In this document: one piece after another, positions 1-11,195 of the stretch
Layout: every line of letters begins with the position of its first letter
Position numbering within the stretch: the stretch's first letter is position 1
DNA from: Schizochytrium sp. TIO01
Lineage: Eukaryota; Protista; Bigyra: Labyrinthulomycetes
Direction: 5' to 3'
Assembly (NCBI GenBank): GCA_004764695.1
Contig: SMSO01000014.1
Location: forward strand, 2,351,648-2,415,647
Length of the DNA stretch: 64,000 bases
Notes under the pieces: model-generated
Told to the model about the DNA's origin: nothing
What the model saw: only the letters and a program-made list of their open reading frames with translations
The model's database searches: none
Program-made: the position numbers and the translations under genes

Positions 1-144
1 GCTGAGTTAAGTAGGCGCGTAGTCAACGTTCATGGCCGTATGAGTCGTCTTCAAAACACTATCAACACAATCAGCCATCATGAACAACAACTGCCTGATT
101 TAAGATTTCGTGCTCAAGATGACAAAAGTAAGAATTCTTATTGA
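1..144 (+). CDS. Probable 3' end of a gene that starts before the window (AELSRRVVNVHGRMSRLQNT...DKSKNSY*)
   Basis: Frame 1 is open from base 1 to TGA at 142-144 and is followed by AT-rich 3'UTR-like sequence convergent with Sec24. Function not recognisable. Confidence 0.5.
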   Translation, partial: AELSRRVVNVHGRMSRLQNTINTISHHEQQLPDLRFRAQDDKSKNSY

Positions 145-564
145 ATAACTTTATTAACTTTCTATACCTCACTTTGCTACAATTGTACTTTACAGTGCTT
201 TTCCGGGCTCTCTTCTTAAAAGTCTAAGCATTTTCGCAAAGTGCATATTATATGTATAACCGAAAGGCTTTGTCTTTTCGCGCCTGTCTAGTCTTCGGTA
301 TTATTGTAGCAATTAGTCCCAGTAAGTAAAGTACACAAAGAAAACAACCCCTGCATCTGACAAAGCTTCTAGAAAACCTAGAACAAAATGATTGTGGAGT
401 TTAAAAGCTTTAAAGGGAACACAGACTTCTTGGAGTGCATGGCAGTACCCTTCCAACAAAGCATTATAAGGTTGCAAATGTGAAGCTGAAATATGAATAT
501 GTAGAACCAAGAACTTAAAAGGGTAATTGTGAGCTCAAGTATTTCGTTTGTACGATTCTTACTA

Positions 565-3500
565 CTAATTTCTCATCTGGACTTGAATAGATTGGTGGAT
601 TGAGCACAAGAAGTCATCATATGCAGGCATACTCTTGAGGGAGAACAAAGAGTCCTCGACTAAATACTTCAATGACTCGCGCTCTGCAACGCTGCCTTGG
701 ATTGCAACATGGATGGCGCCAAGGATCGAGGAGGCTGATGCGCGTGGGTAGGCTAGTTCGCGGCGAAGAAAGGCTTCTAAAGCCTCGATCAAAGGATGCG
801 AGCTTGGTGGTGCTACAAAAGGTAATCCGTCTACCTGATAGGTATTTTGTTTCGAGGCTTCGAGCGCAGCTGCATGGGTAGAGTGCCCCGTGACGAGCTT
901 AATTAACTCAGGGTCGGTACCCTGTAAAATGTAAATGAAGGCGTCAACACCGTTGCACAAGAGAATAATACCCTTCTCATCATCACGAAAAATAGTAGAT
1001 GAAGGTGGCAAGTTTCGCTTCTGCGGCAAAGATTGCACCGTGTCATCTAATTGAAAAGAGTAAACGGCAGGGTAGATGAAGTTAAGGAAAACAGCAAGTG
1101 GAAGACGCTGCAACAGGTTGAAGCTCTCGACACGGGCGTCCGCACGCACTAGGGCAGATTGAACATTACTCCGATGCGACTTGAGGCCTTCTAAGTTCTG
1201 ACGCAAAGCAGCTAACTTTTGAGTAGACACGGCATAAAGGGGCAGGAGCTTGAGCGCCTCTGGAAGAATGAGTTGTTGACCCGTCGGGTTCTTTGCACAA
1301 TGCTTTCGATAGGCACAGAGCATTTTAACAATCTTCTGGTTCATATCAGCATGTACTTTGTTAATGGGCGTGTTACGTTGCATCTCGTCAACAGCCTTCC
1401 GAGAAAGATAGTTAGCAATTGCATCAACATCAGCATTGCGAAAGATGTCACCAATGATATTTGTTACTGAAACAGCTAAATTGTGCACTCGGACACGACG
1501 TTGGCCTTGTGTCGAGGTGTATAAAACAGCGCACTGAATGTAGGCTTCTCCAATTGAATCCATGTTTGACCCATCATGCTCAAGTACAACCATCGACGAG
1601 TTATCTTCGTCAATAAATGCCATGTCAAGCTCCCCACCGCGGACACGCTTCAAACCATTTCCATAGTATTCCACAACTCGCATACCAGTTGATACACGAA
1701 CCTTCAAAACAGCCTCGACAGCTGCATTCCGTCGTACATTATGTTCCAAGACTTGTTGAAACGCAGCTTGCGAAATGGTGTCACCGGCAGCAATGAGAGG
1801 GAAACGATGCAACTCTCCACCAGTGACATTGGATGCAAGACCCCACTGAGCAAGGTCTTTGTGATCATCACCAAAGGAATAGATGTCAATAGAGATTTGC
1901 TTCTCGCAACACTTGCCCATACTTTGTGAAAAGATCGACTCCTCACGACTAGTGTCAATCGTGTACATACCACTCTCACGTGAAGTGCTATATCCTTGTG
2001 GGTCTTCGCGGCGCGTTGAGGTTGTCCCAACGCCAAAGGTTGGGGGTTGGGATACAAAAAAGGCAACTTTACCTCCACATGATTCCAAGCCATGCACGGC
2101 AGCTTGGAAAGCAGTGCCAGCAACAGATGCGTTCGGCGGCCCTTGGCCATGTTGCTGTCCAGGAACCGGGGGAATAGGATCTCCATACTCTTGAATGAGA
2201 GATTCTACTAAGCCTTGGATCTCCGAACTCTTCTCATCTACATTGACCACAAGCCTGCTTGGTGGAAGCGGACAGAATCCTTCGTCTGCATCAGCCACAA
2301 TAAGGACTTTGTGCCCACTGGTGCTAGGTGCATACATGTCATAGAAGTGGACCCCTTGCGCATAAGTAAGAATGCCAATACGGGCATGCGTGTCACCAAC
2401 AATTCTTGCTTTTTTAGACACATGTTCTTCAACTATCTTTTTAATACTGCGAAGCACAGCACCACTCGTTCCTGTTTGTCGGGCTGCAGTCGAAACATCT
2501 ACAGCAAACAGGAGAATTGGTTCTTGAAGTGGGCGTGATATGTAGTCACCTTTCACTACGAAATCTACACTACCTTTGGAGAGTTCAGGCTGCTGAGATG
2601 AGCCATACATGCTGTTGTAGTTACCCTGGTATTGTGGCGGAAGAGTATTGTGTATCTTACACAAGTTGCATTCCCACCATCCAGCACTGTGATCAAAAGC
2701 ACAGAAACAGTTAACGTATCCACGGCAGCGCTTACAACGTGTAGGTCCAGAAGTGCCAAGATCAACAATCTGAGGCTCCTCTTCACCATAGCCTAGTTTT
2801 GCGAATGGCTGCATAACGCATGCCAAGGGTATCTGACTCATGTGGAGCAGGGAGTTTGTAGCTGGGAATTGCTGCATCGTCATGCGCATATATCTTGGGT
2901 TAGCATTACCATCATCCAAAGCTCGAAACTCATCAGTTGCACGTGGCAACGGCTTCTTGCCTTGGCCGAGGAACTGGCGCGTGTATATTTCTTGCCGCTC
3001 CATTGTACGGCTCGGGCGTGGCATATGTGCAGGATCGATTCTACGTGCAGGTCCGGAGTTGTTGGAACTGTTAGGGCCTTGCTGGGGCGCTGGACCTCGT
3101 GCGGGCATGTTCACTTGCATAGGCGGAGGCATGGGTTGCTGCTGTTGTTGTTGCTGTTGCTGCTGAGGTAGCATCGACATTGGGGGGCCTCTGCCAGGTG
3201 GAGCTTGCTGCATGCTCGGCGGAAACCCAGGGCCACCTGTCTGTGGTGGGCCACGACCCGGTGCCTGGGAAACGAAAGGGGCTGATTGATGAGGTTGTTG
3301 TATCATGTTTTGTTGACTAATCACACCACGTGGAGGGAGTGCTCCTCCCATTGGAGCATGTTGCATCTGTTGTTGCTGCGGAACGGCATTCGACGGTCTG
3401 GGGACTTGGGATTGTTGTGGATAGCCGCGCGTTTGCTGCATCCCTGGCTGCGGAGGCGGCTGTTGCGGCTGTTGCTGTTGCAGCATATTGTTACTTTGTC

Positions 3501-3993
3501 CAACATGCTGCCGGAGCATAGCAGGTTGATTTGGCAGGCCACTCGACATAGGTGGTCTTGCGGTACCATTCTGCATAGGACGCGGTGCTTGCTGTTGCGG
3601 TTGCTGTTGTCCATATCCTTGCAGGGGCGTAGGAGGCCTTCCTCCCAAGGACATGTTCGACATTTGCTGAGTGGGCATTTGTACAGCTTGCGGCTGCTGA
3701 CTTTGCGGTCGAGGAGCCATTTGAGGACTAGGGTATCCAGGGTTCTGGACACCACCTGGGTGAGGGTGACTCTGTTGCTGAATACCTTGAGGGTAACCTT
3801 GAGCAGGACGAGGCGGCTGTTGCTGTTGGGATACCTGCTGTGGCATTCCTTGTTGAGCCATTTGATGTTGCTGCGGTTGCTGAGAATAGCCAGGATATCC
3901 CCGAGGAGGTTGTTGGACTTGCCCATTCATCTGCCCGTATGTGCTGCTGTTAGGATTGTTTGGTCGCGGACCATTAGCATAGGTGTTACTCAT
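565..3993 (-). CDS. SEC24: COPII coat cargo adaptor Sec24 (Sec24C/D-like), intronless
   Basis: Q/P-rich N-terminus; GNANPRYMRMT; Zn finger RCKRCRGYVN...WECNLC; PELSKGSVDF; vWA trunk LFAVDVS; beta-sandwich QCAVLYTSTQGQRRVRVHN; helical domain LILPEALKLLPLY; C-terminal LVED...YDDFLCSIH. Confidence 0.97.
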   Translation of the reverse strand: MSNTYANGPRPNNPNSSTYGQMNGQVQQPPRGYPGYSQQPQQHQMAQQGMPQQVSQQQQPPRPAQGYPQGIQQQSHPHPGGVQNPGYPSPQMAPRPQSQQPQAVQMPTQQMSNMSLGGRPPTPLQGYGQQQPQQQAPRPMQNGTARPPMSSGLPNQPAMLRQHVGQSNNMLQQQQPQQPPPQPGMQQTRGYPQQSQVPRPSNAVPQQQQMQHAPMGGALPPRGVISQQNMIQQPHQSAPFVSQAPGRGPPQTGGPGFPPSMQQAPPGRGPPMSMLPQQQQQQQQQQPMPPPMQVNMPARGPAPQQGPNSSNNSGPARRIDPAHMPRPSRTMERQEIYTRQFLGQGKKPLPRATDEFRALDDGNANPRYMRMTMQQFPATNSLLHMSQIPLACVMQPFAKLGYGEEEPQIVDLGTSGPTRCKRCRGYVNCFCAFDHSAGWWECNLCKIHNTLPPQYQGNYNSMYGSSQQPELSKGSVDFVVKGDYISRPLQEPILLFAVDVSTAARQTGTSGAVLRSIKKIVEEHVSKKARIVGDTHARIGILTYAQGVHFYDMYAPSTSGHKVLIVADADEGFCPLPPSRLVVNVDEKSSEIQGLVESLIQEYGDPIPPVPGQQHGQGPPNASVAGTAFQAAVHGLESCGGKVAFFVSQPPTFGVGTTSTRREDPQGYSTSRESGMYTIDTSREESIFSQSMGKCCEKQISIDIYSFGDDHKDLAQWGLASNVTGGELHRFPLIAAGDTISQAAFQQVLEHNVRRNAAVEAVLKVRVSTGMRVVEYYGNGLKRVRGGELDMAFIDEDNSSMVVLEHDGSNMDSIGEAYIQCAVLYTSTQGQRRVRVHNLAVSVTNIIGDIFRNADVDAIANYLSRKAVDEMQRNTPINKVHADMNQKIVKMLCAYRKHCAKNPTGQQLILPEALKLLPLYAVSTQKLAALRQNLEGLKSHRSNVQSALVRADARVESFNLLQRLPLAVFLNFIYPAVYSFQLDDTVQSLPQKRNLPPSSTIFRDDEKGIILLCNGVDAFIYILQGTDPELIKLVTGHSTHAAALEASKQNTYQVDGLPFVAPPSSHPLIEALEAFLRRELAYPRASASSILGAIHVAIQGSVAERESLKYLVEDSLFSLKSMPAYDDFLCSIHQSIQVQMRN

Positions 3994-6408
3994 TGCCCTC
4001 GGCTTGAGAATATGTCACCACAACGTGTAGTTCAAAGCGTGTACTTTGCTCAATAGCGATATTTTGCAAGCAAAAGAACGACGGCAAGGTTAGCTTTGCT
4101 TTTAGCTTTTGCCAATCAATCTCTAACCGTTTAGCTGACTGACTTTACTCGCTGCTCGAGGAAAGTGGAAAGAGGAAAGGATCTTTTCTGATAATAACCC
4201 TTCCTCCTCGAGCTTTCCTCTTTACTCGATCAAAGGACTTCTACCTGGCTCTCGTCTCTCAACCCTCAAACGTCGAGGACCGAACCTCTTCTCCTCTCCT
4301 TCTCTTTTGCCTCAACGCAGGCAGACCTTCTCTATTATTCCCTTCTCTACAATAATCTGCTTGTCTTCTTTATGTCTTCTCTTTTCTTCTCTCTTTTATT
4401 AGTTTCTTCCTAGCCCAGGGCTCATCTTCGCCTTTGTAATAATAATAATAAATGCAATTACTTTATTCAATAATATTTAAATTAAAATAATAAAATGGAA
4501 AAACATTATTTATGTTGCGTGGTACCACGACATCCAAGGTTTTCAAATGCCCTCCCGCCCTCCCAAATGCAAATACGCAGCCAAGTGTGATATTCAAGTC
4601 GCCAGAGACATTCTTTTGCGCGCGTATCCATCCAAGGACATGATTTAATAATTGTCTTTGAGTCGCGGGTTAGTTTCCAACCCACGAGCAAATCATATAA
4701 TATATTGCTGACCTGGAATATATATATAGGCTTATTTATATATGGTTTAAATTATGATTTTAATTTTTAATTAAAACAAAAAAACTCTCAGTCATTTTCT
4801 CTTAGAAAAATAAATAAATAATTAAAAGTATAGGCCTATATAAGATGATATTGTCTGGGTTGGCACAGTATTACTAGCACTTACCTAGCTAGGTAGATAC
4901 AATAGAAGAAGAAATGGAAAAAGTATACTATTAGATAATTCAGTACAAACCTGGTAATAGAATTGTACTTTTAAAACTGCATAAACTACTCAAATAGATA
5001 GAAGGTGTTGCATGCGCTATGAGACAGGATTCTTTTGGCCATTGTCTGCATCTTGGCGTGTTAAAAAGCTTCCAGGTGGGTGTATGTAATGAAAGACAGT
5101 CCTAATTTACAATATTTTTACCTCAAGTTATTTATCATGATGACCATGATGATCTTTATGATGAAAAAAAGAAAAAAGAAAAAAGAAAAAAGAAAAGACA
5201 GTTTCTATTTTAATGATGTAACCTACCTCCTCGTCGTATGTAGATATTAGCATGGCCCTTTTCAAAGCTTTCTAAATTTCATAGGTAGGTATGCATCTAG
5301 TAGTGTGTCCCTGATACCAGCTTTATATTCCATATCCGGCGCTTCCCAAACTGTGATTTATGCTTCACATGGATGACATGGTAGATATTGATGCAAAAGG
5401 CTCATACAGACTCAATCCACGGAACCTCTATAAAGACTTCAAGTGTGCCAAAGACCAACTTAAACTGATCAATGATCAATAAGTATGTTGGTGCCTACAA
5501 GATGACGTGGCATTGCCTCGTAGCACTAATAGATACCAAAGGTACCTGATATGTAGTACACCTCTTATATAAAGTATTAGTAGCGCCACTAGCAGTGCCA
5601 AGTAATTGGCTACCAAGTAGCTAGGTGCTGGGTAAGTAGATACCTAGCTAGTACTCCTTTCCTCGGGCAAGTTTCTAATGCCAAAATTCTCAGAAAACTC
5701 AATCATGAGAAGGTTTTTGAGCTAGCTAGAGTGGCCATTTTAAAATTATAGCGCAATAGGTAGGTGGGTGGATATTTGTGCTAATGAGAATCTGTTCACA
5801 AGATATTAGTTCTCAGTTTAGTCAGATTGGGATAAACGGTTAGAACCAGAAAGAAATCATCATCCATTTGCCAAAGATGAATATAGGCCTCACTGTCTTC
5901 ATAGCAAATTAGTACAGCAGCAAGCACAAGAATCACAAACAATGTTGTGGGTGACTCAGAGATTTGGGTAAATAAATTTTAAATGGAAAAATGTAGGATT
6001 GATGAACGAAGAAAGCGTGGGTCATATTAGACTCTGACTATGTCTCTCATAAGATAAGGATATTGTTATTCCTGAGAAACTGCGAACAGCTGGGCTGGCC
6101 TAAGCCCCGATTATCGCAGGCGTTAGCATGTATATTGAAGATCTAAGTTTCCGAAGTCACTTTCAGTCAAACGCCACTTTGCATAGCCCAGTGCGTATAG
6201 ATCGGGTAATGTTAACGGCTCTCTTCATTTAATTTTTAGCGCGAATGAACGCTTCAACTACCACCAATTATTTTTGAAGCAGAACAGTATCACATACAGG
6301 CCCAAAAGTACAGGTCGGCGCTGGTGAACTCAGCAGAGCAAGAAGAAAGGCACTCAGAAGTCATCTTTGTATGTGCAAGGAGACACATTGCGCTCGATTA
6401 GAAGACGT

Positions 6409-8012
6409 ATGCCCGAGAAAGCTAGCAAAAGTCCGCTCTATATGTAAGCCCGTTACTTATTTTGGTTCTCTCCATATAATGTTTATCCGATGCTATACTG
6501 CCAAGTAAATTGAAATCAAATGCAAACTTGCTTATTGGCATATTCATTTTAATAACCACAAACTACTGCACACATGCATCGATAAATACCACAACATGTA
6601 GCTTCATACCGATGAACGAAAATGCCTCGGCGTCTTCACTTGATTGTGTTCAAAGTTTTACATTTCTGAACCAAACATTTGAAGGCTGCATAACGGGAGG
6701 ATCTCACTACACTCCATACCTTTTCGAAGAGAACGGAGGTGGCGCAGATAGCTTATGGTGCTCTGCTGTTGAAGAATACAGCAATACCAGTAGTCGTGTT
6801 TGGACCCAATGGGGATTTTGCAACTGTACAGATTCTCCAACCCATATGCCGACATCAGATGCAACAAGAGCACCAAGTTCACTTCCCACTCAGAACCCTA
6901 GTTCTCAGAGTCCAACAGATGGTCTAACTTCTTCGTCTCCAACTCCGTCACCAGATACTTCCCCACCAACAGCAACACCTTCACAAATCTCAACACAGGC
7001 ACCGGTCTCATATATTCCTTCAGCTGCACCAACTTGGAATAGTCCAACATCAAGTCAAACGAGCGCTCCAAGTACTCAAGCTGAAACCGAAATACCGACG
7101 CGTTCTCCGAGTCACAGCCCTAGTACGAAGAAGACAGCATATCCATCTGCAATGCCTTCCATGGGACCATCAACACAACCATCAAGTCAACCTACCATAA
7201 CTCTAACAACCTTATCACCTGTTGAGAGCACAAATTCTGATACTGAAACCTCTTCATGGAAAATCTGGGAGCTCATCCTAATTAGTGGTGCGTGCGGTTT
7301 GCTTGTTGCTGCTTGCAGTTTACTTGTTTGTGTCAAAATCGTTAGAAGACAACAACAAGATCAACGCCAAGTATATACCCCCAAATTCGCTGTCCATCCC
7401 AACAACTCGGATTTTGACAGCAAAGGATATTCAAAGGAAGAATGGAACGATTCAGATGATGAATCATATCATGCAGAAAATATGCTTCCCAAAACTGGCA
7501 ATCTCTGGGAAAACAAGCGATACTCAAGCAGCACAATTGAGCACCATGAGGAAACCGTGGTTGCTTATGAGGGTTATGTCCGAATCCCAACTCTCCAGAG
7601 GCGGGTTTTCCTTGTTCTGCTCAAGTCGGGCTACTTAATCTGTTATAATAGTGCTGTAGCAAGCAACGAAGGCAAAAATACTTACTGTGGCGAGCTTTGG
7701 TCCCTTTCGATAGCAAGCATTCGGACTTGTAAACGACGCAGTTCACGCGAACACCCAATAGTCCACCTTCAAACAAGCTGGCATGAAAGCCTAGAATTCG
7801 AAGCGGCTTCAGAGCAAGAAGCAAAGATTTGGTGTGGCCGAATAAAATATGCTTACAAATCAGCTCGACTCGCTGAACACGAAATTACATCAAGAAATAT
7901 TTCATCGCCTCCAAGCCGAAGCCATCGCCGGAGCCATAAAGGTAAACTTGATGCTAGAAAAAAATCAAAAGTGAAGGGCAAATTTGAAGATGATAGATGG
8001 TTTGGAATATAA
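6409..8012 (+). CDS. Single-pass membrane protein: signal-like N-terminus, fibronectin type II-like domain, Pro/Ser/Thr stalk, TM helix, cytoplasmic PH domain. Predicted exons 6409-6443 and 6506-8012
   Basis: The ORF-track start at 6510 is TTG with an in-frame TAA at 6477. ATG 6409 plus a GTAAGC...CCAAG intron (6444-6505, phase 2) restores the frame (MPEKASKSPLYIKLKSNANLLIGIFILI). FN2-like pattern CVQSFTFLNQTFEGCIT...LWCS...WGFC; TM IWELILISGACGLLVAACSLLVCV; PH signature YEGYV...RRVFLVL...LICY...FEAASEQEAKIWCGRI. Confidence 0.8.
6444..6505 (+). other. Predicted 62-nt spliceosomal intron
   Basis: GTAAGC donor, pyrimidine-rich interior, AAG acceptor; joining supplies the missing ATG in frame. 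No transcript evidence available. Confidence 0.6.
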
Positions 8013-8559
8013 TTAAACAGCCCGTACACACAAATACAAACAACCGAACGTTACATAATAAAGATGCGTTCCTAAGTTGACGTAAATTCACGTCTCGGGC
8101 ACTGCTACTCGGAATAACAAACTCAGTAATCATCTCAAATCTTGCACACAATCAGATTCAAGGCGAAGGCCTCCCATATTAGACAATGTTTCTGAGCCCT
8201 CCAGTCAAAATGTTTTACGAAGTCGAACATCAAGCATCTCAGTGGGGTTCCTACTATAGTCCCTTCTACGTCCGCAACCGGATCTTAGTTAAAACCACAA
8301 AGCATGACCAACTGTGAATACTTAATTTGAGAAATGATTATATGATTATATGGCAAGCATAATTTACATTATGCTTGCAAACTGAACTGGAAAAAAAAAT
8401 ACCCGCAAAAAACCTCACAGAGCTTTCATGAAATGTAAACCAAGTGTCTTTGTATGTAGCTAGCAAATAGGACAACAAGTAATCGCAAGATAAACAAGAG
8501 CATCAAAGCTTAAAGAATGGAATGAACGTTTGCAATAGGTTTTCCCAGGTTTACGAAAT

Positions 8560-8997
8560 TTAACGGTACGACTTCTGGAAGCGTGCGCGGGCAGAGCGAC
8601 CACCGAACTTCTTGGCCTCGCAGCGGCGGGGGTCAGCCACAAGAAGGCTGCGGTCGTGGGCGAGGAGGAGCTGCTTGATCTCGTTCTTGGAGGCCTCGTC
8701 GATGTACTTCTGGTAGAAAGCAACAAGGGACTTGGCGATGGCCTGGCGGATAGCGTACACCTGAGAGGTGAAACCACCACCCTTCACGCGGATGCGGATA
8801 TCGACCTTAGAGAAGCGAGACTGGCCGAGAAGGTAGACGGGCTCCATGCACTTGGTGCGGAGGAGCTCCGGCTCGAGAAGGCTCAAGGGCTGGCCATTGA
8901 CCTTGATGAGGCCCTTGCCGCGCTTGCAGATGGCAACGGCGATCGAGGTCTTCTTCTTACCGAAGACCTGAACCGAGTCCTTTGGCGAAGGCTCCAT
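8560..8997 (-). CDS. RPS16: 40S ribosomal protein S16 (uS9), 145 aa
   Basis: [14 protein letters not shown]...[24 protein letters not shown]...[24 protein letters not shown]. True start is ATG 8997 (AAAATGG); the longer ORF-track start runs into the intron. Strong C/G-ending codon bias. Confidence 0.98.
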   Translation of the reverse strand: MEPSPKDSVQVFGKKKTSIAVAICKRGKGLIKVNGQPLSLLEPELLRTKCMEPVYLLGQSRFSKVDIRIRVKGGGFTSQVYAIRQAIAKSLVAFYQKYIDEASKNEIKQLLLAHDRSLLVADPRRCEAKKFGGRSARARFQKSYR

Positions 8998-9024
8998 TTT
9001 TGCTTTGACGAGTAGAGGCCGCTT

Positions 9025-9857
9025 CTGTATTTTTATCATATCACATATCCAATCGAACGCAACATTGTTAGTCTTCTTGTTTTGAACCTCAACACATTCC
9101 AGTGACACACGCAATCCACCAAATGAAACCTCAAAAGAGCAAATGAAAGGACGAGTTAAACACGATTGTAGAATTTCTGACATTAACCATAATATTCTAG
9201 CTTCACAACGCGAGAACTATGATGATTTTGAATCCATTCTACATCTGATTTCGTGACCAACCAACAGAAAAAAAAAAAGAAGAGCTCCACGACAGAACAA
9301 GTATGTCAGGATTAATGAAACGAAGAGTCACAGATCTCAGTGACTCATAAAGCAAGAGAAAACCGAGAGACAATGCTGTTACAAATTGCACCTCAACATT
9401 CTCATTGCATATCTCAGGTCTCGCTTTGAGCAATGAATGACCGGTGCAGTCGAACGAGCCGCTTGGTAACCGCTTACATCCAGCGAGAACGATCCACTAC
9501 ACCACTGGATCAAAACGTCAACAAGGAGAAGACACTGCAGAACCATGCTAGTATCCGTCACGCTGTTGAATTCATTCTCCTTCTCTTCCTCTGTCCTCCT
9601 CAAAGCTTCTCCAGAGCATGTTACGCCAAGCACGCACATATATGAAGTTTGCTTGTGCTTTTTGTCACCTGCTGTGTTCATTCGATGACCAACATGCCCG
9701 AATGTTCCTCATGGCGTGGGTCCTTGGTGGCGTACCGCTGTGCAGCGTGGTGAATCCTCTCTGCAGTGTCTCGATGAACACGCTATCACCTATCGCGTAT
9801 GCAATGCGGCCCTCCTCGGGCGTCCTCTCGCGCACGCTCTCTCGCCGTGGCACCTAC
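9025..9857 (-). other. Predicted 5'UTR intron of RPS16 (833 nt)
   Basis: Minus-strand donor GAG|GTAGGT at 9857, branch point GACTAAC near 9067-9073, acceptor ATACAG| at 9025, 27 nt upstream of the ATG. An alternative donor-like GTAAGC lies near 9477. Confidence 0.65.
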
Positions 9858-9899
9858 CTCCGCTGATGTCTGCTCTGCTGCCTGCCTCTCGTGGCTCTG

Positions 9900-11150
9900 C
9901 GGCTCTCCCCCTCTACCCCCCTTACGGCTCTCCCTATGTTTCTCTACCTCCCCTTATTTCTTTCTCTTTCTTTTTGCTTCTTTCTCCTCCCTACCCCCCG
10001 CACGCTACTCTATCAGTAGTATAACATGTGTCTAGTGTGAATACCTGCAATCTGTGATTATGAAGAATCCCTATTACTAATTATAAATAGTATGATCTGC
10101 TAGAAATATCTATCGAATGAGTGCTACTCTATTTGTCCTTCTCAAATCTCGTGACGACCACTTCTACTGTAGAGCCCCTCTAAGAAAGCTAATATGGATC
10201 AACTGGTTTCTCGTTATCGCTTCTTCTGATGGTTAAGTTATTCATTTAATTTCTTGCCTTGTTTTGTGCGGCTGTGCTGACTTCCCCTATTTTTGCCTAA
10301 TTATTCTCCGCTCCACCCAACCCTCACTAAATCATAACATACCCCCCACTACCCCTCTAGGAATGCCTAAAACACCCGCATAAATACTATTAGAGGCCCT
10401 CCTCCTCTCCACCAATCCTCTTTCCTCTATTTCTTCGCTTTTCTTCTTCGCCCTTCTTCGCTCCTTTTCTCTTAGTCTCTTATCGCTTTCCTCTTTTCTA
10501 CTAAATATGCGTGGCTCTCAGCCATTGCTCATGTTTCCCCCTTATTTTCGCGCCTTTCTTCTTCTTTTCTTTCTCTTTTCTTTTCTTTTTCTTTGTCAAT
10601 AAAAGACTCCCGCAACGCAAAACAAACTAGGGTAGGGTTGTGGTGATATCCTACAAGAATCGTATATTTCAGTTGATGTTATTGTTTATATGATGAACAT
10701 TACTCCGTGCTTATCATGCATTAGTTTTGTACAGTGGCACAAATATTGGCGCACCTATTACAAGCCCTAGTGCAGAGTCATTGTGAATTTGACGGTATCA
10801 TTCCTTGTCTATCAGCAGTGAGTCCACATTAGGAAAGGAATGCGGGGAACAAAATGTAAGGAGTGGCGCAGGGAGGGTCATGAAGGGAGAGGGGAGAGGA
10901 GTGGCGGAGAGAGAAAGAGAGAGAGAGAGAAGGGCACTTTAGGCGAAGGATAGGGCTAGTAAGAGGATAGGAGGCCTTAGCACGGGCCTAGTATAGATGT
11001 AGGGAGTGGTAGACGAATGGTAGAGTTGATGGTCATGGCACGAGTGATAGGTGGTAGTGCTAGTAGGAGCCTAACTGAAGGTAGAGGAAGACGAAAGGCG
11101 GAGACAACTTGGGCAGCAGAAGAGGAGTAGTTTGAGCGGCAAAGCTTGGT
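9900..11150. promoter_or_regulatory. Bidirectional promoter region shared by RPS16 and RPL13
   Basis: Divergent gene orientation; mirror-image purine skew (CT-rich on + next to RPS16, GA-rich on + next to RPL13); central AGGGTAGGGT at 10629-10638. Confidence 0.7.
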
Positions 11151-11195
11151 GCGGCGCGGAGTCGCAGCGGGCAGTCTTCAACCAGGTCAGAGAAG

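Noticed and set aside
6100-6170. Minus-strand AATCGGGGCTTA resembling RNase MRP CR-V (also CCGGGCTTAC near 15401)
   Set aside because: No matching CR-I/P4 5' strand (GAAAGTCCCC-like) at a suitable distance.
9209-9256. Box C (ATGATGA) and box D (CTGA) with a terminal stem, snoRNA-like
   Set aside because: It lies on the strand opposite the RPS16 host transcript, has only ~19 nt between the boxes, and I recognise no rRNA guide.
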